DNA of 62,033 nucleotides, the filler included, from Choristocarpus tenellus KU-1152 (taxonomy: Eukaryota > Protista > Phaeophyceae): assembly GCA_964200185.2 (NCBI GenBank). It is 12 parts of 12 records of this genome, joined end to end, with 100 filler letters (N's around TTAATTAATTAA, not from the genome) between each part and the next. Parts side by side here need not be neighbours in the genome. Positions count along the whole stretch, not along the records: positions 1 to 16,743 come from CAXNAD020000780.1; 11 more parts are not named here. One strand, 5' to 3'. Positions 1-13,401 of the stretch are shown one piece after another. The notes under the pieces are model-generated. The model was not told the origin of the DNA. It saw nothing but the letters and a program-made list of their open reading frames with translations, and searched no databases. Numbering within the stretch: position 1 is the first letter of the stretch; each line of letters opens with the position of its first letter. The position numbers were made by a program, and so were the translations under genes.

Positions 1-228
1 TTTTTTTTTTTTTTTTTTTTCCCCTCCCCTTCTTTTTTTTTCTTGGGGGGTGTCTTTTTTTCTCCCCCCCCCCCCCCCCCCTACCCCTACCAATACTTGT
101 GAAAATTGTCCACCTATTTTGTGTAGTTATTCCGATTCTCCTTTCCCTGCCCCCCACTATTGACTCCTACCCTGTCCCCCCCCCCAACCTTTTTGCCTCT
201 GTGCCTGCTTGTGTGCCTCCAATGATAG

Positions 229-1514
229 GTGGGGCAGAAGTACTGTGTGCTGTGTATCATCACAGATGGGAGAATTCATGACATTGTGAGTTATCACAAT
301 TTTTGTTTGTAGTGTAGGGGTAATGATAGTAGTGGTTATAGTAACAATAATAAGAGTAATAGAAATAGTAAATAGCACGTAATAGTTGAAAGTAATAGCA
401 GCAAAGAGTGAAAGTATCTTATAAGGTACGAATTTTGCCCTGCTTGTCCATTTGGGGCTTGGCTTCCCATGGGTTCGTTATGACATTTTCCTACTCCAAA
501 ACCGTTTTGGAGTAGGTAAAATGTATACGTTGTGAAAAGGTGTATCCGGAACAAGGATATTGACACTTCCTAACAAACACGATAGCCAAAATTACTTCAA
601 AATCACAGCATTGGATTTTGGCCCCCAAATGGACGCAGCCCTACCCTCTAAGATACTTCGGCTCAAAAAGTAATCATATTGAAAAATTGGTTAGTGTTAG
701 TGGTGGTGGTGGTAGTAATTTTTTTATAAATATTATAGTACCAAGATGGAGATATAGGGTTAGAATTAGAGTTTTTAGGTGAAAAGTGAGCAATAGGGGA
801 TATACGGTGTTGTAGGAAATCAAAGCACTTTCAAATAAGTTTCTTCCACTGTATCCCTTCCGTGCAGACTAAGCCAATATAGCAGTTTTTATGTTGGGAC
901 AGGGTGAGAGTACGGCAATACATAGAAACCAGTAACTGATTTATGACGGCATCAGTCGCACCAGTCAAAAAGCAAGAAACTGGTTCTGTGCTCAGTGTTG
1001 GAAAATGAAGTGATACCTTACATTTACTACTCACCTCTTTGGTTTGTTACCTGTTGCCTGTTGCCTATTGCCCTTTCTTTCCCCCCTGCACTCTTCTCCC
1101 CCCCATTCCAAAAAGAACGAGACCCGTGACGCCATTGTGGAGGCTTCCTCTCTCCCTCTCAGCATTGTGGTTGTGGGTGTAGGGAACCATGATTTTACAC
1201 CCATGAGGGATCTTGACAGTGACAACGAGAAACTCATGTCCCTCTCAGGCAAAGTAGCAGTACGGGACGTCGTGCAGTTTGTCCCCTTCAATGATTTTCA
1301 AGGGAGGGACTCCACCTCCCAGCATGCCCTTGCTAAGCATGTGCTTCAAGAGATACCCAGTCAGTTCCTGAGCTTTATGAAGAGCAAAAATATCCTCCCT
1401 TCTCCTAGGAGGAGATTATCTCCTCTTACGGGTGCCGGTTTTGGTGGAAGGAAATTTCCTGACTACGATGATCTGCCGCCCCCTCAGCCCCCCGCAACAA
1501 GAAGCATTACGTAA
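229..1514 (+). CDS. Copine (C-terminal vWA domain), paralog A; last two exons 229-285 and 1116-1514, 5' part outside the window
   Basis: AG|...|GT-bounded exon 229-285 encodes VGQKYCVLCIITDGRIHDI (copine Y-x-x-L-x-I-x-T-D-G motif). It joins in phase 0 to NETRDAIVEASSLPLSIVVVGVGNHDFTPMRDLD...RDVVQFVPF...VLQEIPSQF, the canonical copine vWA C-terminus. Stop TAA at 1512-1514. Confidence 0.92.
406..664. mobile_element. MITE family A copy (about 260 bp), in the copine A intron
   Basis: TIRs GAGTGAAAGTATCTT...AAGATACTTCGGCTC. Internal GAACAAGGATATTGACACTTCCTAACAAA block is shared with copies at 33008, 41127, 49412, 51306 and 60941. Confidence 0.85.
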
Positions 1515-2890
1515 GTAGCTATGGCAGCAGGGTAACCAAACAATAGCATTATGGGATGACTAGCATCAACTCCTCGTTCTTTACTGTGCACATTGTTTGA
1601 ATAGCATACAAGTGGACATTGTTTACGGTGTTGTAAATTTGTTCATTTAGTCATTACCATGATTACAATGTGCATCCATTCCGTGACGTAGTGGACTGTG
1701 GTATTTTTGTGTGATATGGTGGGGGAATGGGGCTGTTAAGGAGAACTGATAAGGGACTCCTACGTTGGTGTATTCATGAGGGGAATGGGTTGTTTTCAGA
1801 TCATTTACAGTAAGCAGAGAGGGAGTCCTGAGAGAAGTACATAGATAAGGAGTTTGAGGTTTTGAGTAGCTTCTTGGGTATGTTTTTCTGAAAGGAGTTT
1901 GAGCATCTTAGTGTAGGTGTAGGAATGGCCTTGAATCATTTATGTAAGTTTTTTATATACTCAGCAGTATGTCTTGCGATATGTCTTTTTTATATTCAAC
2001 TTGTAACTTGCTGGTGTTTGTTTGAGATGTATGTCTGGTACGGTACAGTTTCACGGTCATGAATGGAGATTGTTTTGCTGTAGGGGGGGGGGGACAAGGA
2101 GAGGGGAAAGTGGTTGTAAGTCTTTCTTTCTTGATCATGACAGATGTCTTCGTAGTGGAAAGGTAGTCTCTGAAAGAGGGTTTTAGGTTCTTTACGTGGA
2201 GATGTAGATGTCATCTCTCCGCTGGGTATAAGGAAGGTCAGCCTACTGTGAAGTGTAGCAGGTGAAAAACTTTAGTAGAGGTATCTAGGGGTGTTCATTA
2301 TGTCCAGGTGAAGAAGATTCCTTCCTGAGTGGAAAAGATGATTTGAGTGCTTTCAAGTGCTGTTGTGTGTTGTCATTTTTCTCCTTGCCAATATAGACCA
2401 AGAAATACACCCAGTGCAGGTGGGGTAGGGGGCGGAGCATCACACTGTCTTTTTTATCCACTTGGCAAAGCACAAGAAGAGTGTTGAACTTCATGTTTGT
2501 TTCTATACATATATGTATATGCCCGCACTGGTTGAACACCCTGAAGCAATGGTGAAAGGGGGGATGCTGCCATGATGTGCATGTTTTGAGAATCCACACT
2601 GGGGTTTGTGATTGAAAGGGGAAAGAGAAGATTGGAGAGCAGTAGAAGAACTGGACTGGTTAGTTCTTGTTTGGATAGCAGTAGAAGAACTGAACTAGTG
2701 GTTTTTGCTTCCGTGTGCTAAGTAAGAGGTTGTGTAGTACTGGAGTACTTTCTACCGCTGTTGTACATATTACCACTACACATAACTTTAGTAAGAAAAT
2801 CAAACACACCCTTGAATAGCAGTCCGCCTCTTACTGCTTTTTTGTCTTGTGGTTATCAAGATGATGAGTAAAACGAATGTGTACACATAC

Positions 2891-3055
2891 AACAGCGGAT
2901 CAAGATAATGGATGATGGATTTTTCCCAAAATGGTGCGCGGAAAGTGCCCATATGTTTTTGTATGGATTCCCATTCAAAAAGGGGCCTTAAAAAAAAATA
3001 TATATATATATGAGCACTTTCCGCGCACCATTTTGGGAAAAATCCATCCGCTGTT
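2891..3055. mobile_element. MITE family C (fold-back element with long TIRs)
   Basis: Arms AACAGCGGAT..ATGGATTTTTCCCAAAATGGTGCGCGGAAAGTGC and GCACTTTCCGCGCACCATTTTGGGAAAAATCCATCCGCTGTT. Flanked by direct ATAC at 2887-2890 and 3056-3059. Confidence 0.8.
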
Positions 3056-5672
3056 ATACGCATTTATTTGCTGATGATGTGTTAAAGCGGGTCCATCCTT
3101 GCACTTTTCTTTCTACATTGCAAAGAAGGGATGAGCTAAAACTATGGGGGGAAGCCCTACAATTCTGACTTGCACGAAACTGAGAAAGGTTTGGCAGAGT
3201 GCCAAGAACACAACTAGCATGAGAGGCCAAAGAGAAGTGTGTACAAACCCTTGCTGAGGTCAGATCAGATCCATAGATCTTTAGCCATAGCAGGATGAAT
3301 AGTTCCTACCCACAATGTTGCAGCATTTACCCAGGGCACCTCTAATGGTGTACGGAAGCGTCGTATGTTGATTAGGTAAGTCACGTATATTCAAATGAAA
3401 AAAATGTTGACGATGTGGGAGGGAATGTAATGTGCGGATGAGGAGCGTGCCTTTTCAGGCTGAGTGTGACTTGTTTGCTTTCCGATTCTTGATTTGCATC
3501 AGGAAGTAGCTACATACGTGTGGGTGTGATGGTTGGAATGTCCAATCAGTCCTTTCAAAAATGTTTTCTGAAGTTTTATTATGGTATCTTGGTTGATTCC
3601 AAATATATATATATATATATATATACACGTATATATATTTCAATTCTGAATTGAAACTTACAAGTAGTTTTTTAGCATACTGCAGTAGTGTACAAATTGA
3701 AAGCTCATGTGGAAGTCAAATTGACTGGAAAAATAACTCTTGATTTATTCCACAATTGTGGAAACAGGCACAATGCATTGAAGGTGTTAACGGCCCCTCA
3801 TTTGGTAAGGGACCCCACTGAAGGCAACAAGTTTTTGAGCGTTTCTTGCTTGTTCATTTCCTAATACTGGACACACAACCTCTCTTGTGATGTTTGAGGG
3901 ACTTGCACATTTGAGAGTCCATCACAATATAGTGGCAGAGAATTGGTGGCCCACTCTGGCACATTAGTCTTGAAAAGTGAGCCCACACATGCTGATTGAT
4001 CCTCGTGGACCGATCATCCTTCCCGCCCTATACCCACTAATAAGGAACTCGTCAATACCCTCGTTGGAGACTGTAGAGACAACTTCTTGGATTAGACAAC
4101 TTGGAATTTTCCAATTTCATCTCTGCTTGAGCAAAACCCCATTTTCCGCACAGATAAAGCAGACAGGCATGCATACATAGATTGGGCATCCTCCCCCTAT
4201 ATACCCTAAAGAAGAGTCAGATATCAGCCAGACCTTGACTGGACGTGCTTCATTACTGCTCACTCCTTAACATTCTTCACCTTCTACTGCCTAGTTGTAA
4301 GCTTAATCTGGATCATGTCAGCTTCTCGATCATTTTCTTACCACCCTGTACCACCCTTCCCATGATCATCCCCTCAGATGGGGTGGCATATCCCATAGAT
4401 GAGTTAACGTCATACTCATGACCTGTGCATTCACTTCCTCCATCCTCAGAAATACTTGGGCACATTCATGGAGGTGCATAATGAGTTTTTCCTTGTGCGG
4501 TCTACACAGTCCAAATGGGAAAAAATTACAGTTTGCCCTGGGGATGTCTTTTTCAATTAATTACTATTCAGTCAAATAGTATTGGTTGAATCCTTCTATT
4601 CTCATCAACACTGAAGTCTCAAGCATATACTTGCAACCACCAAAATATGAAACATCAACGACTTCTCAGACATGTCAAGTAGATGGCATACAATTTTCTG
4701 CTAACACGATGGATGCAGGGATGGGATCCAATACTCATATGAGTGTATAACACCAACAGACACTAGATGTATTGTGCACACTTACTCCCTTGAAACATCC
4801 AGTCACCTTTGAACCACATGCTCAATAAACTGCCAGGAGTTGAAAAATATGCTGAAATCCCTAAATTTCCATATATATCAGGAATATTGACTCTTGATCA
4901 CTGATAAAAGGCGGAAGGGATGGGCATGTTCCAACCTGAGACTCTTGAACGCACCCCCAACATGCATCTCATTTCATTGACGTTTAGGAGGAGTTTGCTG
5001 TTGATCTCTACTTGCCTAAGATATTCCATGCGCATTTCACACTCAGCACCATGGAGAGATCAAAGCACAATGAGAGACAACAAAAATAACCATCTTACTT
5101 GTACCTCCTGCCTGTAAGCCATCCTTGCACATGCTTCACTACACATCAACTAGAGAGCAACACAGTGTGATAGCAGCAAAATGACTTGTTCTATAGACTA
5201 TCTCCAAGGTCGTGGTTGAAATCGGAATGCATTAGCCTGCAGGCTTGCCAAATTTAACAAAGACTACTCTGCTTCCCTGCTGAGCAATAAATTGCAGTTG
5301 GTCAGCAAGAGGACAATTTGAGACTATTATTCCTTCATATCATTAATCCTTTTAAGGGTTATCTTACACCATCATCCAACTCCTTCACTTATTTTTCGAA
5401 TGTTTGGCTGTAAGACTAAAGACTGACAGAAGGTGATGGGACCTGCATAGTGATCTGCTCGAGATGAGATATGCCTTGAGGCAGTCACCTGGAGCATGGA
5501 CCCGGCCATCAAATTGGAGATTCAAGCATTCATCAACCAACAATGAATGTCCACAATAGGGAGCAAGACAAGATGGACAAATCAACATCACAAAGAGCAA
5601 CACAATACAAAGCTCTGCAATTACTACCACCACAAAAGGAACAAACAGATTGTACATTGTAGGGTACAGTCA

Positions 5673-8600
5673 CTAGTATCGGGGTTTCCCCCTCCGCCTA
5701 CCTTTCCCAGTGCCCTTGCTCATCCCCGTTCCATTCTTTCTCTTTCCCTTACCATTCCCACCTCTTCCAGGAGTCCAAACCTCCACCCCCTTTTCCTCAT
5801 CACCTCCTGCATTCCCTCCCACATCACCAAAGCCTGCCACTGCCCCACCACCTCGCACAATCTTGGCATCACCACTTTTCTTGCTCTCATTCCCAACCAC
5901 CTTGTGCACCTCTACTGGTCCTCCTTTTCCACCAATACCTCCTTGTCCCACCACGCCAACATCCTCATTTCCCTCTATTTCGTTCTCAAGAGCTGCTGCC
6001 TCCTCCCCACCTAGATCTTCAACAATGGCAACAATCTCCTCCTGCAATCGTGTGGAGGCCTCCTCATCTCCCATGGCCCTGAGTGCCTCAGCTTTGTTGT
6101 ACATGGACACAATTACCTCTATGTGGTTTGGACCAAACAACTCCGTCCTGAACAAAAATATGTGGAGTTATGAACCAAAAGACTTCTCAGTTGAAAACAA
6201 ATCAGCTACGAAATTTTCGATCGACTTACTTAATAAAACTGTCAGAGCATGAGGTGAGTGAGACATGTAAGCACTGAGAGGTGAAAGGCCTCCGTATTGG
6301 TGAGGGGGCTCACTGGAGGCGCGAAATTCTGACTGACACTTTCTTCTCTACTCTTTCTCCATCACAAAAGTACTATCTCCTGTAATATCAGAAGCAGACT
6401 CCTACTGCTCATGTTTTGCTCAGGGAAGGCTTAAGAAATTGTGGCTTAGAGGTTGACTGTGAAGAGCAAAGCAGGATTTATCATGATCTGAATGCAACTC
6501 TTTCACACACACACACACACACAGAGATTAAATGGAATTTGCAGATATAAGAAAAAAACAAAGACAACAAACACAAGAATACAAAAGAATCTGTGTTGCT
6601 TACGATTTCACAGTACAATAAAGATTAAAAAAACTCAATGATTGATGATATAATAATCTTGGGTCATATAACACTTGCACAATATTGAAATAAAAAACAG
6701 GAAAAATATATATTTTTTTCTAATAAAATCTATCTCCCTTCTTCTCAATTGTTTGAATTGAGCCAATGAAAAGGCCACACTTAACAACAATAAAAACGAA
6801 AGGATTGCCAGAAATTCAGTTCATATCCACCCCCAAGTCAATTATTTTTGCTGGCAGCACACGCGACAATAAATCAACTGAACATAGAGGTACAAAAAAG
6901 GAAAGGGGGGCGTGTTCAGAAAGGGGGAGGATACACACACACAAAATCACCTACAAGCTCCTTGAAACATCACCAAGTGAGATTGAGAAACTGGAAGTAA
7001 ATGGGAACACTGAAAAGGAAATGGCTTGTAAAAAATGCTCCATATCAGGAAACAGGAGACTTCACACTCACCATCAGTGGTTGGAGTCAAGGACTGCAGC
7101 AGGAAGGGCAATTTAGAATTTTCTTACAGAACTTGCCTGCCTAGTGAAGGGATATTTTCAAGATATGCATGATCTCCACAAGTATCAAAGAGAGAGGTGA
7201 ACCAAAGAGGGGGGACCAGACATCATATCTATTACTATTTCTTGTGAGGACAATATACCAACAACGAACTCGTGATACTAGTAAGCAAGAGATTACACCT
7301 ATGCTTGGAGTGGAGGAGAATACCATCAAGTCTGGAACCTGCCTGTTCTACTAAGGAAAACATCATGTTCATCGGAAAATCAAAATGATTAATGCAAGCA
7401 AAATAAAAAAGTTGTACCACAAAGATGATCTGGCGGAGAACAAAAGAACACTAAAAGAAGAAAAACTAAAAGACACGACAAGATCATTGAGAAACAAAGA
7501 CGTTGCAAAGGCAAAAAATAAATAAATCATGTCTTCGATCAGAATATTTGAAAAAGCTGTCAATACAAGAGGTGCGACCAACAACTCTTCCTGCACCCCC
7601 CCCCCCCCTTCACAAACAAACCTCATCTCCAGAGCAGCCTCATAAAGTTTCAATGCCTCCTCAAAACGACCTTTCCCCTTGAGAAAGAGTGCCAAATTTG
7701 TCATGGCAGTGGCTGCCGATGCATCCTCAGCTCCCCCGGCCGCCACCAACAAGTTTTCAACTGCAGCTCGAAGCATGGCCTCGGTGTCCTCAGGCTCTGC
7801 TCCATCACCTCGAGGCAATAGGCTACGCACCATGGCAAGCCGGCTCCGCGTTAGTTGAACATCTGGATGAGTTCGATGCAGCAGCTGCAGTGACACAATG
7901 CAATGTAATGAGAGACCAGAGTTTAATTTCTTGTTGAGGGTAATGATGGGCCACCCATCCTCATGTCACACACACATTCTTAGGAACAGTACTTGCGTTT
8001 TCAGACAGGTGAGTAAGTAGGAGAGCTGAGACGAGGAAGGGTGTTCTAAGGAACAATTCTGAAAAAAAAAAGGACCATGAAAGGAGGACAGATACGCTAA
8101 GAGAGAAGTTGCCCCCAGAAAAAGTTGGGGGACAGAGGGGTAGAGGGGAACACTAAATACAAGGTGAGGCAGCTCAATATTTTCTGCCCATAATCTTACT
8201 TGGGAAGTATCTTGTGAATGCAGCGGAGTGCGCATCACGCTCCATCATACGCTCAAATCAAACGTAAGTGGTAAGAGAACCCAACCAGGTCTCGCGTCAC
8301 AGGGGGTACAACACAGATAGTAACAAGAGAAAATATTACACAGTCGATATGCGCAAGGATAGATGATTCACTGAGTGAGCAATGGGAACCTGTTCCTCTT
8401 CCTCAACTCTCTCAATAGTCGTAACGCCACGATCAAAACCAAGCGAGCGGCTGTACCATGCCTCTAGTATCGCCCACCTTCTCCCTAATCTCGAGGGCTC
8501 TTTGAAAGCTCTCTTTTGTACGCTCGAGTAGCGACAGCCTTTCCATCCCTTTGGCCTGGTCTGCCATGGCACGAAACACCATGCCCAGATTGTGCAATGT

Positions 8601-9302
8601 CCCTGCAAAGGATGCATTCTCCTCACCCTTGTAGGCCTTGCGATAAACCTCGAGAGCCTCCATGTAAGTTTGCACAGAGTCCTCGTACTGACCTTGAGAC
8701 TTCAGCATGAGGGCCTGGTCGTTAAGAGTGCTGGCGAAGACTGGGTGAAAGCGGCCAAAGTGATCAGACACCTTCTCGCAGAGCACATGTGTGCCCTCAA
8801 GTGCCTCCTGAAGATGTTCACGATTGGAGGACAGAAAAGGAGTGGGTGTTTGACTGGTAGGATAAAGTTAAGCGCTATTTTGCGAGATCTGAGTGTTCCT
8901 ATGTCGATGAAGATACACAACGAGGCGTGTACCTCCTTGGATTTCTTCCTAGCGCAGCGACAGACTTCGATGAGGCAATTCGAGCCTTGTGATTTCTCTG
9001 ATGATGGGGACGTCATCTGCTACTCATCGCACTTGGAAATTTCCCTCCTTGTAAAGTTGTCTCACTGCCTTCTGCAACTCAGATATATCTTTCTCCCGCC
9101 GTACGAAGGTCGTCGTTGGGCCCTCTGACGAGGAAGAGAAACTTCGGCTGTCGGCATAAGGCTGGTCCAGGGCAGGTTTGGTCGTCCTATCGAAACAGTG
9201 GTACTCCGACAATGATAAAGCTAGGATACCGGCTCGAGGCCTTGCAATTGTTGTGTTTGATAAGGCCCAAGGTTTCACCAGGCCTGAAACTGCCCGTAAC
9301 AT
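5673..9302 (-). CDS. Kinesin-light-chain-type TPR repeat protein (about 445 aa); exons 9302-9033, 8807-8478, 7884-7622, 6147-5673
   Basis: All junctions are GT-AG and frame-compatible (phases 0, 0, 2). Repeats: FGRFHPVFASTLNDQALMLKSQGQYEDS, GEENASFAGTLHNLGMVF, AATAMTNLALFLKGKGRFEEALKLYEAALEMR, FGPNHIEVIVSMYNKAEALRAMG. N-terminus is R/S/A-rich and transit-peptide-like. Confidence 0.88.
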
Positions 9303-10439
9303 GGTAGCTGTAGTCGAGGTGAGGGGGTGGGTTATACAATTATGATATAGGAAGGAGGGGAATCAAAACGCGATATATCAAAAAGTCAATATAAAGTAAT
9401 ATTAAAAAATATATACCTCTAGTGTACGAATCAATCGACTCCATATTTTGTATCGAACAAATTGGAAGGTGATGGGTCAAGCGATATTGTAGATGCAATG
9501 TTAAACATTGTGGTATGATGGTTGGTGAGAGTATTTTTCGGGATTTCCACAACATTGTGTAGACTATGGGAGGACAAATCCAATTATAGGGTTTGAAGGA
9601 TGTGTTCATCCCAGTGACCCATAAGACGTAGGATCGGGCAGATTGTGGTGACAACACGGTCACCTCATTAGTGGCACATTGTGACAAAGGATTCCTCAAT
9701 GTTGGCTAACGAGAGAGATTACCTGGAATGGGAAATCACACTCCATAATAACCGCAATGTGGTCTCTGACCCCTACGCTCAACAGTGGACATGATGTACA
9801 ACGCATACGTCAATTCGAAGAGCTCGATCGAGAAAAGCATCTACCTCTACTCTAGCAAGAAAGGTTCACATAGTCCGCGATTTCAGCCAGTCAGTCTGAA
9901 GCCCAGAGGTAAAATCTTGATTTCCACATCCCCTCCCATGATCAATGCCCCTCCTTTTGCACGTATCCAGTTGTAAGCCTACTGGAGGAAATAATCCCGT
10001 ACGCCCTCGACAAACTTGACATAAACACGCATTCTCGGCATACCAAGGGGAAGATATGGTATCCTCAAGTACATCTATCTGGAAGTGTGGAGTTGACATC
10101 AGTAAGAAACCACTTGAGTGAGGTTACTTACCCAGTGACTCCAACCATCTTTCCAACACCAAAACTAAACCCCAAATCACTATCCACCGTATTTCTGCTG
10201 GGCTCAAGAACTGCTGGTTTAGTATAATACCAGCAGGAAGATCTTCTTTTCTGAACAGGTCAACTGGGCAAAGATAGTCGAGAGTGAATTTGGAGTAAAC
10301 TGGAGGGTTAGAATTTCCCCTCCACCTGAAACCTACCATATGGACAACATACAACAATGAATATGGTCATTCAACGAGCTCTACATCCAATCATGATACA
10401 TTAATTGATAGTAGACTGGTATTTTTCATAGCACATACT

Positions 10440-11897
10440 TCTGAAGCCCTCCAAAACTCCATTCCAGCATCGCATTTCGCTGCATCCACCAGGACATTCA
10501 GAGGGAGCTGCCCACCTTCTCAGCATTTTCCTTGCTAAGATGCGGAATTTTGAAGACGTCCTCCCTGGACCCCAGCACTTCACTGTAGATTGTGAAGAGC
10601 CTCTGCCAGACACGCTCTAGTGTTTCCCTGGGGTACATATCGAACATCTCCATTGTGATCTCCACCTCCTATTTGTCGGTCCCCCCTACGTCTTCCCTCA
10701 GTTCCTTCATGGAATGAAAGAATTCCAGGTTGTTGACGTTGAGGTCAGGTGAGTTGCCTGGCTGGGTCTCTATGGCAATGCCATCCCCCACCACCCCCTC
10801 AATTGCCTCCATGATACTCCCTTTGGTGTGTGATTTTGCCTTGTCCTGCTGGATAAAATGTGTGTGTCCTTCTGGCTTACGTATGCGGGCCTTGATTGCC
10901 AGGATGACATCCTCAATCATGAGCTTTTTATACCTCTCCACGTCCACCGTCACTGGGCCAAGCACATTGGTGCACTTGGGGTGGTATTTGCTGAAGCACT
11001 GAGCGACCATAGTGTCTACGATTGGGCATATCCTGATTCTCCCATCAAACCACACCCTAGGGTGGGCTGTAGCTGCAAGGAACATCACCTTTGTAATGTA
11101 ACACATATTCTATGTCCATGGGGTGCAGGTGCGCACCTTGCCGATCATTGAGGATGTATAACCACTTCTCATCCACATGCACCCACTCATATAAATCGTC
11201 CACTAATACCTCAATTCCATCTGTCCTGTGTGTGTGGATGATGAAACCTACCCTGTTGGCTTTCTGCTGGTCCGAGAGGACTGGCTCAATCCACCACTTG
11301 AACTTCACCTTCTTGTGCTATCACAGATCCCACAACGAGGCAAGGGAGACCTCAGCTTTGCTAAAAACGTTAAGGATACTAGTACGGCAGTCACATTGCC
11401 CCTTGCGATGCCATACAAGGTCCATGAATTCACCCCATGCAATCTGGCTGCCATACTCCTTCAGATGATGGAACATGGTGATTTGGGAAATTACAAAGTC
11501 CAACACAACAGCCATTCCCGTCCCCTGAGGCATCTGAGTCGCATATCCTCTCACCTCCAGGCATCACACCAGCACACTTTCTTCATTAGGGTGTTTGAGT
11601 CGAGACCCTGAACAGATTTCTGGACCAAAGAATTGTTACCAACAGGCAACGGTGGATGAGCAAGCCGTTTGAATGATGGGACCTTTCATCCTAGGCAACC
11701 AAACAAACACTGCTTTGACCGTTTCGCAAGGTTTTTGAACCCTATCAAATGCGACTTGGTTAGCTTTGCACTTGTGATACTCCACAGTCATGAAAACCCA
11801 CACCTCAAAATTTGCACGCCTCCCAAATATGTACGAGAACTAAGACTCATCCGGAGGTTGCAAAAGTTATGATACATTCAATTCCAAACGGAGGACG
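10440..11897 (-). mobile_element. Degenerate Tc1/mariner element with frameshifted plant-type (DD39D-like) transposase
   Basis: Fragments in shifting frames: WVHVDEKW, KVMFLAATAHPR..FDGRI, FIQQDKAKSH, QPGNSPDLNVNNLEFFHSM. Candidate terminus TA-CGTCCTCCGTTTGG at 11899-11884 resembles the CTCCCTCCGT ends of plant mariners. The other TIR was not found, so the left boundary is approximate. Confidence 0.85.
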
Positions 11898-13401
11898 TAG
11901 TCAGTATATTTGAATAAAGGTACATAGTATACATACAATTGTACAGTACATCGTCAGTATTTACTAAGAGGTTTCGTATTCATACTGCAGAGTAAGAAAA
12001 ATGATGTGCCAAGGACCATGGTATGCCAAACATTTCCTTAGTACCATGACACAAAATAAAATGAACGTGTGTGTGTGGTTTTAACATGTTCACACCATTG
12101 AGGAGGAGAGATATCTCTGTATCTACTCATCAATAAAAAAATGTTCAGTGAAACCATCTTATTCCATGCTGAAATGTCCTAGGGCAAAACAAATGCCGAC
12201 AAATTACGCATGCATTTTTTATTTATTTATTTTTTTTTATTCACCAGGTCCTTCCTTGTCTTCTTGTCTTCCCATTACACAATTTAAACACAGCATCATA
12301 TTGAGTGATCATCATCAACAGTAGAATTTAAAATGAAGAGTACACCATGTACTATATAAAGAAAGATAAGTGAGGATGTATGTATCCCATTCCATTCTGT
12401 ATCATCAAGAAAAGACTTATGTTTTCCATAGAACCGATAAAAACTTACTAAATCACATGCTGGATCACCTCGTAACTAGTCTTCTTGCTGGGACCAATGG
12501 AGCAAAGAGAATTGCTACTATTTCTCTACTAATCTACCTCCCCCATCAACAACAGAGAAAATCCAAGGGATGCATGCAATTCCGTTGCTACAGGCTCTCA
12601 TGCATTGTTCAAGTGCATAGCAAAATGAAATTATCGGGTGCCCATCACAGATGGTGCCTCTTGCTAGGTACAAACATCACAGTTGCAAAACAGTACTGAT
12701 CACGAGCACTCAAATATATATGCTGCTATGCTGGATCAGGAAGAGGAAATCTACCTCTCTACATCGTGCCTCAAAAAATACATCTTAAAGTAATTATTCA
12801 CTAAATATCTGCGACTCCTCTCCCATTGCACTAGAAATGCTGGCACAAAACATTTTACATTTTCTCCCTTACACCTTTCTGACTAGGACACAACAATACC
12901 ATCATAGGCCAGCAGACCTCCACAAATAGCTTGGATGTGCACTATGCTGCACAAAAAGCAGAAATCCCAACTAAACTGAACTATCTATGACACACGAAGA
13001 GTAATCCAAATCAATCATCAAATACAGATATGACCTCTTACAGAGCACCAGAGGTGAAGTGGTATCTTCAAAAAGAAAAAATGTATTTGGGGGGTGCTGC
13101 TCCTCTTCGAGCATGCATGCCTTAACCAATTGAGATCTTGTAAGGGTTCCTGCTTCACAAGCGGAACACACCAGATAACAAGATGACTCTGAAAAATGAG
13201 GCCTAGTGAAACAAGATATGATATCATTTATTTGGAGTCCGTTGTGATCGGATTAGATTCTTCCCCTCAACAACAAAACAAGAACAAACCCATCTCTGAT
13301 TATATCACAACTATCTCCCACAATCCCCCCAATATGGCCAAGACAATTTCAGATCTCACCTCCCTTCAGAACATATCCCATCCTCCACATCATCACAAAC
13401 A

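Noticed and set aside
1700-5480. Possible retroelement debris (CFR..GH knuckle-like near 2530; ISDQ.. near 4900)
   Set aside because: Motifs are too short and degraded to assign by eye.
5547-6252. Pro/Ser-rich plus-strand ORFs
   Set aside because: Antisense shadow of the last exon of the TPR gene.
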